This document shows, in pieces, positions 61,325 to 64,000 of a stretch of 64,000 nt of DNA; the first letter of the stretch is position 1; the number at the start of each line of letters is the position of its first letter. A program made the translations under genes and the position numbers. The notes below the pieces were generated by a model, which was given only the letters and a program-made list of their open reading frames with translations, did not search any database and was not told the DNA's origin. The DNA comes from Podarcis gaigeae. Its lineage: Eukaryota. The DNA is taken from NCBI GenBank assembly GCA_964106915.2, contig OZ066922.1. The stretch is one strand, 5' to 3'.

Positions 61325-62192
61325 TGTCATGACTTCCAGGCTAGCTGCCTAGTGAAATCAGAGATGCAGAGAGTTTCTATTAGTTCTTTTATTTTAAATC
61401 AACAGAATACACAGAGAGACCATTGATAATGCTCCCTTCAGTCTTGGGGTGTTGCTCAAAGTGTCCGCTCCATCCCCCTTGCAGCAATTGCCCTAGCTTC
61501 CAAACCCCTCCTTACTGCCTACGGTGGCTGGCAATGGAATCTTTCTGTCTCTGTTTTGCCTTCTGCTCTAAGATACGAAGAGATTGCTTGGTCCATAGAG
61601 AAGGAGAAGGTTCCATCAGGTTTTCAGATTGTGACGTAGTGTCCACTCAAAAAAAAATTCCTTCCAGTAGCACCTTAAAGACCAACTAAGTTAGTTCTTA
61701 GTTGGTCTTTAAGGTGCTACTGGAAGGAATTTTGTTTTGTTTTGACTATGGCAGACCAACACGGCTACCTATCTGTAGTGTCCACTGTATGCTGTACTGT
61801 TTACCCCACTTCTGAATGCTGTCTCTGTTCAGGACTAGAGAATCTGCTTGCATGCTCATGTTCCACATCTTCCATTGCTTCCCAGTTCTTGGCTTCCTCT
61901 CCTGGGGTGTGTACTGTTCTCCACCACCACAAATCTGGGTCCATTGAATCCAGGTCCATCATATCATCAACCTCCTCCTGCCCAGACACATCTTGAGGTG
62001 GAGGTCTCCACCACTCCTCTGTACGAAGGGTCTCCACCCTCTGTGAAACCTCACAGCAGGTGTGCAATTAATGGAGGGTAGAGGTGATTTATGGTGCTTC
62101 CTGCCCTCTGTTAAACAACTTACCTGGGCCTGCTTGTGGTTCCTCATGCTGCAGTTGGCAGGGCAGCCTATTGGCTGTAGAGCACAATGACA
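61325..62192 (-). mobile_element. Solo-LTR-like element
   Basis: TGTCAT...ATGACA termini, flanking CCTTACC direct repeat, minus-strand AATAAA ~60 nt from the end. Confidence 0.55.
61648..61774. mobile_element. 127-bp Penelope-like terminal fragment with inverted duplication and 12-bp TSD
   Basis: TSD GTAGTGTCCACT at 61636-61647 and 61775-61786; 37-bp perfect inverted repeat; same family as 12674-12767. Confidence 0.75.
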
Positions 62193-63104
62193 CCTTACCT
62201 TTTTATTTATATAGAATATGTGTGTGCACGCACACACACGTGCACACACCTCCCTTATTAAAAAAAACACCATAAGCCTCTAGTGACTTTATTTCAATGG
62301 CAACTAAGCCCAGGGAAGCACTGTGCTCCTGGAAATTCTCATTGCTTAGAAAAGTGGAGTGATGGTAACAATATTCCCTAACTTTCCAGCTGGTGCAGTC
62401 AGCATTTGCTTTCAGGTTATTCTCTCATCCTGGGTTTTGTTGTATGGGTGTCAGCTTATTATTACTGGAATGCAAATGATCCTCCTGAAAATCAGGTGTA
62501 CATGGGGTCTCTTGCATCATTGGCAAGGAGCTGTATCCGCACTCCCCCCCCCCCAGGGGGGATCACTTTACTGCATGCTTTTGTGACATGGACAGGAAGT
62601 TTCTTCTGCATTTGATAATGCCGCAACATCTGTGTCATGTTGCCACACGCATATACGTCACATACCCCATAGTCTAATGGGTAATTTGTGCCCCTCACTA
62701 GGTCTTCATCCCCTGGCAGGAGTTGGTTTTGCCAGCCACTAGGTAATCACTGTACCCATGAGCCAAAGAAAAGTCATGACCGTCACACAGAAGAAGGCAT
62801 ACACTGAATTCTTCCTTTGCATTTTTCCTTGGTATAAGAGCCTCTGCCCATAACATGAGCATGCAACTGAAACTCCTCAATTTCACATATTCGTCTGAAA
62901 TCTTTGGCTGCCAGCCTCTAGTATTATCAGGGATTACTAGTTGTTGAGGGTCATGACCACTAGGGTGCTATTGTGCCCATGTCCTCCTTGTGGGCTTCCC
63001 ATGGACAACTACTTGACCACTGGAAAGAGAATGCTGAGCCACAAAGGCCTTTGGTCTGATGCATCAGGGCTCTTCTTGTGCTTTTAAGTTTACACGATCA
63101 GTTG

Positions 63105-63304
63105 NNNNNNNNNNNNNNNNNNNNNNNNNNNNNNNNNNNNNNNNNNNNNNNNNNNNNNNNNNNNNNNNNNNNNNNNNNNNNNNNNNNNNNNNNNNNNNNN
63201 NNNNNNNNNNNNNNNNNNNNNNNNNNNNNNNNNNNNNNNNNNNNNNNNNNNNNNNNNNNNNNNNNNNNNNNNNNNNNNNNNNNNNNNNNNNNNNNNNNNN
63301 NNNN
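63105..63304. other. Assembly gap (200 N)
   Basis: N run. Confidence 0.99.
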
Positions 63305-64000
63305 GAGGCCCTGTATGAGGATCGAACCTGCAACCTTGGCAACATCAGCACCACAATCTAACCAACTAAGCTATGTGTGATGTCTTACAAAATTTTTGAG
63401 AAATACATCATGAAAGCAGTAAAGACTGATCCACCAACCTTAGTCTGACCTCAGCCCTCAACCTCCCTTCTTACAACCGGTCCAGAGAGTGGCACTGCCT
63501 GCGAGACTCTTTCTCTTTAGTCTCAGTGATGCCCTTCTGGAACTCAGCGGGGAGGGGGAGGGCATGTCAACAGAGAAATCCACCACCGCAAGAACCCAAA
63601 TTCAGATCAGGTCTGATGCAGTATGTAGCTGGACTGGCTAGCCAAGGATCCAGCTAAGGAATTTTTCTACTGTGCCAGCCTGGAGATGGCGCAGCAAAAT
63701 AATAATAATCCTGAATTTCCCCCTCCTGCCCCTCTCCTCCCTTCTGCCTTGTCCAGCACAAGTGGGTTTGGGAATGAGGGGGCTTCAGCTGTAGTGATGG
63801 TGCTGGCTCCACCCCTCGGTTAAGTCCTGCTGATGCCTGCCAGGGTTTGGGTTGCTTTGTTCCTACATTACACATAAAGCGAAATTCAAATTCTGAGTCA
63901 TGTGATAAGCACAATAATAAACCACAACTATTTATTTTATTCTATTTTAAAGGAGAAAACTTGATCTTCCTAGCATCTTTAAAATTAGCGTGCCATTTAT

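Noticed and set aside
63059-63380. ORFs spanning X residues
   Set aside because: They run through the 200-N gap

Overview
Vertebrate genomic DNA, almost certainly from a squamate reptile and probably a lacertid lizard (inferred from Sauria SINEs, RTE-BovB, CR1 and Penelope fragments). Two neuronal ligand-gated ion-channel genes lie in tandem on the minus strand. The glycine receptor beta gene GLRB is complete: probable non-coding exon 1 in a CpG island near 58.7 kb and nine GT-AG coding exons from 55864 to 31254 (1494 nt, 497 aa). About 12 kb downstream is the 5' end of the AMPA receptor gene GRIA2: a CpG-island promoter with a perfect RE1/NRSE and an NRF1 site, then coding exons 1 and 2; everything left of 18261 is intron 2. 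That intron holds a near-intact antisense L1 with tandem ~476-bp 5' monomers and a tail-to-tail Sauria SINE pair with nested target-site duplications. It also holds a 94-bp TSD-flanked Penelope-type insert carrying a minimal type I hammerhead ribozyme motif in the sense of the GRIA2 pre-mRNA, the most notable item in the window. The rest is TE fragments, microsatellites and a 200-N assembly gap. Family assignments and comparisons with mammalian genes are from recognition or memory, not database searches.
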